This document shows positions 1 to 12,255 of a stretch of DNA of 64,000 bases, one piece after another. A model generated the notes under the pieces. It was not told where the DNA came from. It saw only the letters and a list, made by a program, of their open reading frames with translations, and did not search any database. Source of the DNA: Gnetum montanum (taxonomy: Eukaryota > Plantae > Gnetophyta); assembly GCA_015680685.1 (NCBI GenBank), contig MNCI01000813.1, positions 93,325 through 157,324 of the forward strand, in the 5' to 3' direction. The first letter of the stretch is position 1, and each line of letters starts with the position of its first letter. The translations under genes and the position numbers were made by a program.

Positions 1-1299
1 CGCTACCACCAATGTCTACACCAAGGTGAATATTTTATTATCTTTTTACCACCACCTTGTTCTTAAACTAGGGCTTAAATAGTATTCAAAACTTAAAAAT
101 TCTAAAGAAATAAAAATGAAAATAACAATCATATGGAGCTATTAGATTTATTTTTCATTATTCACAAACACAATATTTGCAATATTTCTCCTAACTTCCT
201 AGCTTCCTAAGTCAATACTTCCTAACTTATTGGGCAAGTTACTTGGGAGAGAAGTTAGTTAAGATATTTTTGAGTATGTAACTACCTTTTTAACCTTATA
301 AAAAGGCTTCAAGGGTAAGANNNNNNNNNNNNNNNNNNNNNNNNNNNNNNNNNNNNNNNNNNNNNNNNNNNNNNNNNNNNNNNNNNNNNNNNNNNNNNNN
401 NNNNNNNNNNNNNNNNNNNNNNNNNNNNNNNNNNNNNNNNNNNNNNNNNNNNNNNNNNNNNNNNNNNGATAGAAAATTTCTGTTAAAATTTTTCCATAGA
501 AGCACTTGTGTTTAAAAGCCTTAAGAGCATTTTAGTAGTAAATTTTATTATTGTGCAACGTATAAACATTAATATTGAGATTGTTGTAAGAGAGCCTCTA
601 CTTGTAGACATGCTGTTGAATGATTCAATAGTCAAGAGGGTTCAGAAAATATTTGGTATTTTGATGGAACCAGAATAGCTTATTTTTATCTTTAAAGTGA
701 ATCTCCATGGTATTTCAATCAAAAATTGTCAAGTCCTTTGAAGGTTCTGTTGAATGCAATTGTTGACATCCATTATCTAGCCAAAATGGAGTCTTGTACG
801 TGATAGTTTATGCAGCAATTTTTGGTAGCATAGTAGGATAGTCTTGAAGAAATTTCTTATTTGAGCCTTGGAAGTTTGAACAATTCGTAGNNNNNNNNNN
901 NNNNNNNNNNNNNNNNNNNNNNNNNNNNNNNNNNNNNNNNNNNNNNNNNNNNNNNNNNNNNNNNNNNNNNNNNNNNNNNNNNNNNNNNNNNNNNNNNNNN
1001 NNNNNNNNNNNNNNNNNNNNNNNNNNNNNNNNNNNNNNNNNNNNNNNNNNNNNNNNNNNNNNNNNNNNNNNNNNNNNNNNNNNNNNNNNNNNNNNNNNNN
1101 NNNNNNNNNNNNNNNNNTAGTTTACACACAATGCAATCATTTCATTTTTCACAACTGCACACCGCAATAGCACATACACATACTCACATTAACTAATGAG
1201 TTTATTTGGAGGTATCTGGGCCTTGGTGTTACTAGAGACCAACAGGCACCTAAATTCTGTTCGAGGACACTCGTTGGCGGTTGCGTCCCAAATGGTTGT

Positions 1300-1790
1300 C
1301 AACACTATGAAGCTTTCTATTTACCTCCTTAGATATTTTCCACATAGATCTGGAGTCCTTTGGATGCTTCCCAATAAAAACACAACATCAAATCTTTTTT
1401 TCTTCATTGACATAGACATCACTTGTTTCATGTAGATTTCTTCTATGAAAACTACACTCTTAGAGGAGATATCTACTATTTTTTTTAGATGTCTTCTTTA
1501 AACTTTGGTTGTCTCCACTTTAGGAGAGACATCCCTAGCCATACATCTATCTTTTTGGAGATACGTCTCTTATACAAGTGCCAAAAATAAAAGTGTTCAT
1601 TTTGATGTTGGGATCCTCTGAATGTCTTCCAACAAGTCCTCATAGATCATGGAATCTCCTAAACTCATAAAAATAAGCTAAAATTACCTCCAAACATGCC
1701 AAAACATCCAAGAATATTCATCAGAAAAATTCAACACAATAACACACATAAAAATTGGACACATGTGTCCAAGTCTTCTCCAATTGCAAA
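1300..1790. repeat. Degenerate LTR-like fragment with GAGACGTC-type palindrome array
   Basis: Repeated gagacatc/gatgtct/gatacgtctc motifs at ~1465-1570. The stretch 'caaacatgccaaaa' resembles the U3 end of the LTR at 8483-9324. Boundaries are unclear. Confidence 0.3.
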
Positions 1791-3049
1791 ACTTGCAAAG
1801 ACAAATTGTAGGACAAGAATAAGGGAATTGGAAGAGTTGTTTCTACATCGTTATGAACCTCACTTGAGCTAAGATCTTTGAGATTAGATGGTGGAGAAGG
1901 AGGAGGCCCATCATAGCTTTTCATCTATTCACTTAGATGATGAGCAAGGAAAGAAAGAATATATCAAAGGTAAAGAATCACTTCACCATGAAGGCCCATA
2001 ATTCGTTATTATCAATCCTAATGCAACTTGGATCTATGAGGATGTTCTCATCTTTAAATTTCAACATCTCCACCTATCAAGGCCATCTAGTGATGATAAT
2101 TCCCTCTTGTTCAACTAGGGTGATTATCATGAGCTCAAGAAAGCTACTTTCATTCCAAAGAAGCATGTTCATGATAGTAAGATTAAACATATACAAATGA
2201 ATGATGTTCTGTTACATAGAGGATATATCAATGATGATTTCTATCTTCATGTATAGGCATTTAAAATTTATTTTTATCTTTAATGAATCATTAGTGATTG
2301 ACAAAATTTGTAGTTATTTCCCCATACCTTTATCGAACAAGCTAAAATCTAGTACAAAACCTTACAAACTAAGTCAATTTAGGCACAAGAGGATATGATC
2401 AAAAATTTTCTTAACCTATGCTTTCATTTCTAACATCTAGAAGGAAATGGATGGATGGAGGCAATAAGCCTATCAATCAATGAACATGGCCATAGAGAGA
2501 TATATTCAAACTACTCATCATTGTTCGAATCATGACTTTAGCCAAACAAAGGAACTCATGCATATTGTGAAAGATGTAAGAAAGAAGACAAGGGAGAAAG
2601 TGGATATATATGCAAAGGATCATGTACATAAAAAGTTAGTGATCCAAATTAAAATGCTCCTAGATACTACTGAGGTCAAAATCATCAAAGTTACTATCAA
2701 AAGTCCTTTTACTATCGAGGCCTTAGCACATGATTGAGTTAAAACTCATAAGACCTTCATAAATTTGGCCCACTAGGTAGACCAAGTTTAGGATGTAATG
2801 GATAAGAAAATAGCCATTACCCTCAAGGATCTTGAAGGTACAATGGTTGAGACAGAAAAATCCATTGTACCACTAGGAACAAATAGAAGTATGAGGGTAA
2901 AGTTACATAGAATCTTTCTTCCTTTAAGGATATAAGAGAAGATTTAGATGAGGCTTCCTTGTCCTCCAGTGATGAGGATCCCTACAAGTATTATGTAGAT
3001 CTTCATGAATTGTAGACTAAGTTTATGAATACCTCATCAAATAATTAAA

Positions 3050-4630
3050 TGATGTTATGGCTACTTTGCTAGGATGTTCATACCTTGTCTTTTTCTTAGT
3101 AATCAAACTAGAAAATAGGATGGAAGATAGCTTTCCTATCTTCATGGAAAGAGCTTGGCTGAGCATCATTAATGCCAAGCTAGGTTTCCAAGACCTTCAT
3201 TTTGAAATTGGCAGGAAAATATGCAACTAGGAAGATGAAATATAATTAGATCTCATGTGATCCTTTCTTGTCTTATGGTAAGCATGACTGCATATTGTTG
3301 TGTCACAAATCATGTTTGTGCATTCAAAGACATAAAATTCCTTATAGAACATTTGGTCCATGAAACTACACATTAGCTCCTTAAGAGACCAATCAATGCT
3401 CTTGTCTTATCTTATGCCAAATCATCTAATTCAAAAGGAGATAACATAATGAAGGTATATGTGGTGGTGCAATACGATCCGAAATTCTGGAGCTCTCTTA
3501 ATTTATCCTAGGATATTTCTACATCATTACTTGAACTCAAGCCACTTCCAGAAGGCTTGAAATATTTTTTCTTTATAGATGGTCATCCCATCATCATCAA
3601 TTCCTCTCTAACAACCATCCCAAAGGTTTAATTTAAAAAGGTAGTTTTAAAGTGAAAAAGAACCTTTTCCTAGTTCCTTGATAAACTCGTGGGAATCAAC
3701 CCTTCAATCAGTTAACACCACATATATACAAACTTGAATGTCAGATCTTGGTAAATAGTGCAATGTAGACTAAATTGAAATATTCAGGACATGGTAAAAG
3801 GTGAAATTATCCATCTTCTATGGGCTAGCTTCATTGCTCCTATCTTTGAAAATGAGTGGTCAATTTGACTATAGTTACACCTAAGAAGGGAAATGAATGG
3901 AGAGTATGTATAAACTATAGATTGCTAAATGCTATCACTATTAAGGATGATTTTCTATTGCCATTTGTGGACTATGTATTGGATAATATCTCTGGCCAAG
4001 AATACACTAGCTTTTTTGATGGCTACTCTGGTTACAATCAAATCAATATAGCACCAAAAGACCTAGCCAAGACTATCTTTAACTATTCATGCAGAACCTT
4101 TTCTTTTAAGCATATGTCATTTAGGTTATGTAATGCACTAATCATGTTCCAATGGCTATTGATGTCCATGTTTTAAGATTACATCAACAAGAGTATAAAA
4201 GTCTTCATGAATGACTTTTTCACTTATGGCAAATCATTTCATGAAATCTTGGATTAACTTGAAGTTTTCTTACATCAATACTACTAGGTAAACTTAAAAC
4301 TAAATTGAAAACGCACTAGCTGATGATGACTAAGGACATTATTCTTGGTCATAGAGTTTCAAAAAAGAGGATTGAAGTCGATCTTGACAAGATCCATACC
4401 ATTGAGGACATGACATAAATTCCTATGATAGGTAAAGAGAGGTGATCTTTATTGGGCCACACTAGTTACTATCATCATTTTATTAAAGATTATTCTAGAA
4501 TAGCTAGGCCTTTATTTGAGCTCATAAAGAAATATTTTTTGTTCTTGGGGAGCAAGAACTATGAAAATTCCTTCTAATATTTGAAGGAAAGGCTAAGCCA
4601 AACCCCTATGTTGCAAAGTCCAAATTGGAT
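3050..4630 (+). pseudogene. Ty3/Gypsy (Athila-like) pol relic: protease C-terminus, RT, start of RNase H
   Basis: ORF 3856-4176 WRVCINYRLLNAITIKDDFLLPFVD..FFDGYSGYNQI..MSFRLCNA is Ty3 RT. Upstream FLVIKLE..FPIFMERAWLSII (~3090-3200) and ELKPLPEGLKYFF (~3530) match the protease tail of the Athila-like elements at 30.6 kb and 46 kb. Many stops and frameshifts. Confidence 0.9.
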
Positions 4631-4940
4631 TTGAATGCCAATGAGGAGCTAAGCTTAGCACCTACTATGTAGGATCCTAACTTAGTTTCTTACTTTCACA
4701 ACTTATTGGAAACATTCTTCTCAAAACCAGTGAGCTACTCATACCTACTATTCTCTTTATCAAGAATGAGTGGCCTTGGTGGTTTCTTAATGGTATCATC
4801 ATTATTTTCTAAGCTCTCCCACTAATCTACATCAAGCCACCTATGTTGCATCTCCTACTACCCTCCAATCAAGGAAAAAATTGTTACAACTAATATGCCT
4901 CTGAGTAGAGTTAAGCCTCCTAGTAGCATAGCTCCTCAAG

Positions 4941-5780
4941 TGATGTGTAGCCTACTTGAATAGATTCCAAAAGAACCCATTCTCCAAGTTTCCCAAGAAA
5001 ATTAATATTAGCAAATAAGAACAACATAAAAAAATGAAGAAAATTTTTCCTTTTATTAAGAGAACTCTTAAAATGTAGAGAAATACATTAAGATTGAAGG
5101 GCCAAGCTCAACTCACAACTCTTCCAAGAATTTTAAAGGTCACACATGTTCCCTCTTAATTCTCAATCGCCCAAAATGAAGCCAAAGCTTAAGTCAAGAT
5201 ACTTATTTTCATAACCTCTCTCAATTGTTCTTCCTTACTTGAACTCAAACTCTCTAGCACAAGCTCTCAAGAGACATCTCAAATCTTTCACTTAACTCTG
5301 TTCTCTTATTTTTACCCACACTTAATACTTGAACTCTTATTTATAGCTTCTTGGTGTGACCTTTCTTCCTTCTTTATATTTAAAAATACAAATTAATTTT
5401 TGTTTCTCATCCATGATAACTTGTGGTATGAGACAACATCTTTTCCAAATGTAGATGAGTTGCAGGAGATGTCTTGTATGCAAAGGAGATTTCTATCATG
5501 TAAGGGAGACGTATACACATTGGAGGAGGCATCTATCATGGTAGGGCCAAACTTCAATATGCTTATTTTAAGTTTTGGAACATCTGGACACCTCTAAATA
5601 GATTCACATTTACCTTGGAACCCCCTAAACGCATTAAAATAGGATTCAAACATCCCCATACATGTTAAGACATCATAGAATCATCATAAAAAATACCAAT
5701 ATAAGAAGACATACATAAACAAAATACACACATATAAAATACATTGAGGATTAAACAAGGACTGAGTGATGTCCTCATCA
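4941..5780 (-). repeat. 3' LTR of the CRM-like element
   Basis: Colinear with 8483-9324. TATA-like ctataaata on the minus strand at ~5338-5346. Preceded by the PPT. Confidence 0.85.
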
Positions 5781-6478
5781 TCTCTCTCACCCTTAAAAAT
5801 GTCATGCTTAATGACCTTTTATATCTTGGAAGCCAACATGCCCCCATGACTTAAGGCCATCACACTTAGCATAACAATCAAGACTTAATTCATCAAAAAC
5901 TTGAGAATGAGTATTATTTGAGGTTTTGATTTTGAGCTTTTCTTACACATGGAGCCTTTTTCTCATGCTCCACCATGCTTTCCTCATTTGAGAATCTCCT
6001 TAAAATACTTCCCTTACATCCCCATGATTACTTAAACATGTACAAAAGTGACATAAGAAAAATAATTATTAGCATCAACCCATGAATTAGGTCTCAGTTC
6101 CTAACCCTCAAATACCAATGACAATTCTCCACTTGCTTCTAACTAACCTTCCTTATTCTTCCAACATCTCCTTGCCAACATAAATCTTAGCCCAGCACTT
6201 ACATATGTTTCCAAAAGGATCAACCAACATACTAATACCATAAACATCCAATATTAGACTGTAACAAAAACAAACTTCTTTTCCTTCATATAAGACTTCA
6301 CATAATTATTAATAAAATCCATATCAAATGCATTCTCTTTAGCATCAAAGAAAATTTCATCTTCACAAATAACATTCACCCTTAAATTTTCCTTACAAGT
6401 AGGAACCATTAATGAAGAATTCAAGTTATCAATCTTACTCCCATTAGTAGTGGACAACAACCTAAACTTATGATTATC

Positions 6479-8165
6479 TTACGTTATAGTCCAACTATTA
6501 TTTTCTCCATCAAACATAGCCTTATTCTTATAATTCCATGGCCTACAAACTATGAGATCTAAATAATAAATAGGTAATACATCACAAAGAGTCTGATCAT
6601 GAAAATCTCCAATGGAATAATGAATAAGACATTTTTTATTAACTTGATTATAATGATTCTTCATTCACTAATGCACTTTATATGGAGTAGGATGAGAAAT
6701 TGTAGCTAAATGCAATAACTTCATAGCCTTGTTAACAATCACATTTTTGTATGCTCCATCATCAATGAGCACACTCAATGAATGACATTTAACATCACAA
6801 TGAGTTATAAATAAAATCTTCCGTATAACATTCTCACTTACATTAACATGTCTAATAAAAGTACAATTATTCAACTTACTTTGATTAGCAATGTATAAAG
6901 GATCAAGTTCAAATACCTTCTTTGAAGATTCAAGCTCATCCTCTTGCATAGTTTGAATTTCCTTATACTTAGAGGCATTCTTCTTTGGCTTTGTGCACTC
7001 CCATTATTTATGACCTATTTCACCATAATTATAACATATATCTCTACCTTGATCTTTTCCTCTTGAAGACCATTTTCTTCTTCTTCCATTCCTTAAAGAA
7101 GTAGACTTCCTTTCCTTCTTCTTTTGTTCATCTTATCCATTCTTATTGAATGACTTCCTTGAATTGTGCATTGTTTCTTTCTAATNCCATTCTTATTGAA
7201 TGACTTCCTTGAATTGTGCATTGTTTCTTTCTAATCTGTTTTCTTATGATCTTTTTTCTTCTTTAACCCAAACTTTTTGATTTTCATTTCAACCTTTAGG
7301 GTAAGATCATATGCTTCATCAAGAGTATTAGGCTCATAGAATGTGACTTCTTATAAATATTTCATCCTTAATCCACTCATGAAGCTAGAATCTTGTAAAT
7401 ACTCATTTTAATGAACATCAACCTTTTCCAAAGCTTTACAAAATTCAACATAATAATCTTTTACCTTTTGATCTCCTTGTCTAAGAAATTTCAACTTCTT
7501 TATCGCTTCATGAAGGAAGGATGTCTTTTCAAACTTTTTCTTTAGCATAAATTCCATGAGTTTTCAACTCTTAATAGGCCTCCCATATTCTTCAAAGTAC
7601 TTGAGACATTCCTTGTCCCACCATTTGGTTGTTAATCCTTCAAGTTTTCTCTTAACAACATGAATTATTGATGCATTAGAAATTTTCTCAACAAGAAAAT
7701 AGTTATTATTAAATCTAATTAAGAAAGACAAAAATTTGTATCTTCATCAGCTTTGAAGATGGGAATATCCACATGAGGAACTCTTAAAGCAATTCTTAAA
7801 ATTTTTATAAATCTTTCATCATCATATACCTCATTATTATGAAGAAAAGAAAATTTTTGCTTATACCTTTGAGTTCTAGTCTCTTCTTCCCTTGGAGTCC
7901 TTTTATCATTTCTTCCTCTTAACCTTTGCAAAGGTGTAATAGGATTCTCTTCAACATCCTCTTTGCTTATTCTTAAAGTTTATGAAAAATATTGGTACTT
8001 GTGAAACATTACTTTGGGAAGGACTTCTTGCATTTTAGGCACAAAATCCTTAAAGGAGCTTTGAGCTCTTGAAACTCATGTCNTAGGCACAAAATCCTTA
8101 AAGGAGCTTTGAGCTCTTGAAACTCATGTCCAAACTCTTAATTAGTCTTCATATTAGAAGTCATA
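6479..8165 (-). pseudogene. CRM-like Gag (capsid, zinc knuckle) and aspartic protease, disrupted
   Basis: VDIPIFK..WWDK (Gag core); CYNYGEIGH..EC knuckle at ~6995-7040; SVLIDDGAYKN..HPTPYKV..CDVLP..CRPW matches the CRM-type protease pattern (IIDGGS..HPxPY..CDVVP..LGRPW). Confidence 0.8.
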
Positions 8166-8482
8166 CCTTTCATATATCTAAAGGTAAAATATTAAGCAAC
8201 AAGATAAAATCTTCAAGAAACTCCTTTCAATTCAAGGTAACAAGGTACTAAACCCTAACACAAATTATAATGAAGATGTAATTAACTTCAAACTCTAGCC
8301 TTTCAAGAAAATGGATGCTCAATTACTAAATAGAAACTTGACCATACAAGATTTAAGTAGTCTTTACCACTCTTAAGTTTTCCAAATCCTATGTGGTTGT
8401 AAAGCTTTAAATTTCTTCAAAAGCTTGATGAAGATCACCAATTTATGTGTATTTCTCCAAACTAAGTACTTTAATACCAATA

Positions 8483-9324
8483 TGGTATAGAGCATGCCTC
8501 AATAGATCCAAAAGGGATCGATTCCATAAGTTTTCTAAGCAAATTAAGCTTCGCAAATAATAACAACACAATGGAATGGAGAAAATTCTTCCTTTTAGCA
8601 AGAAAACTCTTAAAATGTAGAGAAATACATCAATATTGAGGAGCCAAGCTCAACTCATAAATCTTCTAAGGATATTAGAGGTCATACATGTCCCCTGTCA
8701 ATTCTTAATTACTCACAATGGAGCCAAAGTTCAAGACAAGACAATTATAAGAGATTTTCTTAACCTATTTCAAGTACTCTCCCATACCTACATTCAAACT
8801 CTCTTGCATAATCTCTCAAGAGATGTCTCAAATCTCTCAATAAACTCTCTCCTCTCACTCTTGTCCAAACTGAGGACTTGGACTCTTATTTATAGCTTCT
8901 TGGTGTGATCTTTAATTTTCCTTTACATTCAAAAATACAAATTAATTTTTGTTGCTCACTAGAGACATCTTGTGGTCTAAGCAGATATCTTGCCTGAGTG
9001 TAGATGAGTTGTAGGAGATGTCTTGTGTGTAGAGGAGACATCTATCATGAAGAGAAGATGTCTATCTCTCAAAGGAGACATCTATCATGTAGCAGAGATG
9101 TCTATCCTAATAGGGCTAAAATTCAATATACTTATTTTGAGGTCTAGAACATCTAGACACCTTCAAAAAAGTATCCATTGATCCCAAAACCCCTTAAACT
9201 CATCAAAATAGGCCTCAAACATGCCAAAATAACCTGGAATCATCATTAAAAATGCCAACCCAAGAAGACACACACATCCAAAATACAATAATATTTAGAA
9301 AACAGCTAGGTGATGTCTTCATCA
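8483..9324 (-). repeat. 5' LTR of the CRM-like element
   Basis: Colinear with 4941-5780 and followed by the PBS on the minus strand. Confidence 0.85.
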
Positions 9325-9699
9325 TTGAGTCTTGCACTTGGCTTCACATGACATACTACAGTTGGATCTATAAGGATTCAAATATCTAGCTCATTTAGAC
9401 ACATTGGAACCATATGTAACAATTAGTTAAGGCCTTAGTAATTTTTCTATCAATGCTTTTTAATTAATCTATTCAATTAAGGCTCATGATGTTTCCTTTT
9501 GATGTGAAGAATGTCCTAGGTTCTTGGGTCCTCAACCTTCTTAATTTTTGGTATCATAGCCCCTTACACTTAACTTCTCCAATCAATCATCCTAGGTTAA
9601 GGATCACCATCTTTTACTTTTTCCCTAGGGGTTTTTTAATGATGACTAGTGTATGGCTACTCTTGTTCTTTTTATTTTAATACATTAGTGATTTTCCTT

Positions 9700-10029
9700 C
9701 AAAATCAACAAAGCTTAAATGAATTAGAAAAAGTTAATGTTATGGCTAAATGAAATAATCCTCCCTATAAAACTCATAGTAATAAATACAAAGTTATATG
9801 AAGTTATCATCAAGCTCAAGGATAGTAAATCAAAATAATAATTTTAAATTTTCAAGTCAAATTAATATCAAGTAAGGCTATCCTTTATCTCAAACTCTCT
9901 TGGTCTCTTCATTGATGAGTTACAAGATTGGATGTGTAATGGACAACATAGATAAAATGCATAAATACGTTCTCAAATAGTAAGCCTACTTCTTTATGAA
10001 AATGATGTTGCTTTAACATCTAGTTTTTA
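9700..10029 (+). mobile_element. LINE RT fragment (RTEX-like)
   Basis: Degenerate GVxQGxPLSxTLxGLFIDEL..LLLYxxD motif. Similar to 19510-19670. Confidence 0.6.
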
Positions 10030-11215
10030 TGTATCATTGAACATAGAAGAAGGGGATGGATAAGTTCCCGAATTTAAAACTTGCAAACACAAAGCACACA
10101 ATTCAGTTTTAACATGGTTCCCCATCTTGGGTAGTCCACACTCAGAGGGTAGATCACAAGCACACCTTTGGACTTTGTTACTCTCAAAATGTGGTTGAAG
10201 GATCCACACCCTATATAGTCTTCAAGCCCCACTCAAGAGTGGTATACTACAACACTAATCACTCAATCCCACAAGGTTCCATCAAGCTTAGAAATGTGGT
10301 TTCAAAGCTTTCACAACCTTTACAATGTTTGATCTCCACACTAGAATGTTGTACCATAGCACCAGCAACTCAATCCCATAGGATCTTGACAAACTTAAGC
10401 ACATCAACTCATAGGGTAGTCAAGAACAAGAATTACAAGGAATGATTGCAACTCAATTTGCCAATCCTTGTACAGTTAGGTATAGCACACTTTACAATGT
10501 AAAAATGATAAGCTAATGAAGAGAAATAGAGAATTCAATGATTGCAAATGACCATGTTCCAATGCATAACAAGTCTTCTTATAGCTACTATGTTTCTAAA
10601 TCCATCTTAGAACTTTTGCAACAGCTAGCCAACAATCACTAATGATCATGGAAGGCGTCTTTTCCATGCTTGAGATGTCTCTCTAAATTTGCCTTCACTT
10701 CTTGAAAGACATATTTGTTTCCTGAAAGACATCTTTTTGAAGTCTCTACCTTGGAAGACGTATTTTTCTTATGAAAGATGTCTTTCTAGACTTGGTCTGC
10801 AATCTATAAAGATGTCTTTGTCTCATGAAAGACGTCTTTGTCTAAGAAAGATGTCTTGTTGTTTCTAAAAACATATTTATCTAAGTTTACTCCAAATCTG
10901 CTAAGACATTTGCTACTTCATAAAGACATCTTTCTTCACTTTCCCTTGCATGATGAATGTATCATCCCTTGTCCATAGCTTTTCTCAATCCAAGTTCTTG
11001 TTCTACAAGCATAACAACTACACACACAAAAAAAATTTGTTTTTCATTTTTCTGAATGTTTTAACATACCCAAACCAAAAGGTCCACAATCTCCCCCTTT
11101 TTCATAATGTCTCAAACTTAAGAAAAATGGGTTAGTCTTATCCTAATAACAATACATTTTATCAACTTTTGCCCCTTTTTGGACATAACCAAAAAGGTGA
11201 GACAAACTCCCCCTA
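10030..11215 (-). mobile_element. Copia (Sirevirus-like) 3' LTR (10030-11088) with upstream multiple PPTs
   Basis: Minus strand aaagggggagat|TGTGG at 11088, extra PPT-like octamers (agggggag at ~11206-11213; aaaaaggggc at ~11171-11180), an AAAGACGTCTTT palindrome array at 10650-10935, and an LTR end ..gataCA at 10030. Confidence 0.7.
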
Positions 11216-12255
11216 CATAGATACATAGAGAAAGTAAAATGTTTTTGGTGTTTTGGATTTTTCATTTTTATNNNNNNNNNNNNNNNNNNNNNNNNNNNNN
11301 NNNNNNNNNNNNNNNNNNNNNNNNNNNNNNNNNNNNNNNNNNNTCTAAAATGACATAACATGTAGGGTATTTGTGACAACTTTCAAGAGCAAAGCCACCT
11401 AATGATTTTTTATGCTATCAAATACATTTATCAACTCATGTAAAGAATTTAAAAATAAGTTCTTACTTCAATTCAATAAGTTCACTAGCTCAACCTTAGC
11501 ATCAAGCAACTTCACAAGCTTAAGAAAAATACTTAAGAAAACTATCTAGGATTACAACCTAAGATTCCTCCATAAACTTGCTTATGTACCAAGTGAGATT
11601 CATCCACAACCTTATGGAATCCTTAATTTTTACTTGTCTACCATTAATGCATTCTTCGCCTATGTCATTAAATCTGATCCCAACATAACAGAAATATAAA
11701 GAGTAATGGCTAAAGCCATTGAGTTAGAAAAAATTACCCTCATGAATAGCATTTTAACCCAATTTGAAATGATGAGTGTTAACAACCCTATGCAATCTAG
11801 TCCTCTACCTTTACCAATGATACCAATGACCAATACTATGTTTTAAGCTCCTTCCCCCTCCCTCAACTAACTCAACCTTCAAACAATTATTTTCAAAGTT
11901 CAGTGTCTTCTTCATTTCTATCATGTAATACTAGTTTGAATGATGAGCAATTGAAAGATTTAATCTAATACATTATAAACCCAACCGGGATATCTAATCT
12001 TTTTCGACCTACAACTCAAACTCAAAATTAGATGATCTAGATATTAACTTCAGTTCAAAACTTTCCAATGAAGTAGTTGAATTAAAAAAAAATAACAACA
12101 ATGTTCCTATACAATTTGAAAAGCCAAGTACATCAATCAATGAAAATTATTGTTGTTTTCATAACACTAGGTAACATTTTAAAAAAACTTATCCTCAATT
12201 TTTAGAATTATATGGTGATAATGCCCAAAGTCAACAAAATGGAAAAACCCCAATT

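Larger units (their letters stand above)
4941..9324 (-). mobile_element. Non-autonomous CRM-like (chromovirus) LTR retrotransposon with gag-protease only
   Basis: Direct repeats 4941-5780 and 8483-9324, both TG..CA. Degenerate iMet PBS (tggtattaaagt, 8468-8479, minus strand) and PPT (aagggtgagagaga, 5781-5794). Flanks tcaag/ttgag are a possible decayed TSD. Internal 2.7 kb has no RT. Confidence 0.85.

Noticed and set aside
296-1179. ORFs containing X runs (also 11143-11379 and 44975-45287)
   Set aside because: They are open only because of N gaps.
7137-8131. Perfect ~48-bp tandem duplications flanking single Ns (N7186, N8083; also N46983 and N60277)
   Set aside because: Unmerged contig overlaps from scaffolding, not biological repeats. 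The one at 46983 explains the apparent frameshift in element B.
8483-8493. tggtatagagc on the plus strand resembling an iMet PBS
   Set aside because: It aligns with the other LTR's terminus at 4941. The real PBS is on the minus strand at 8468-8479, matching the gag orientation.
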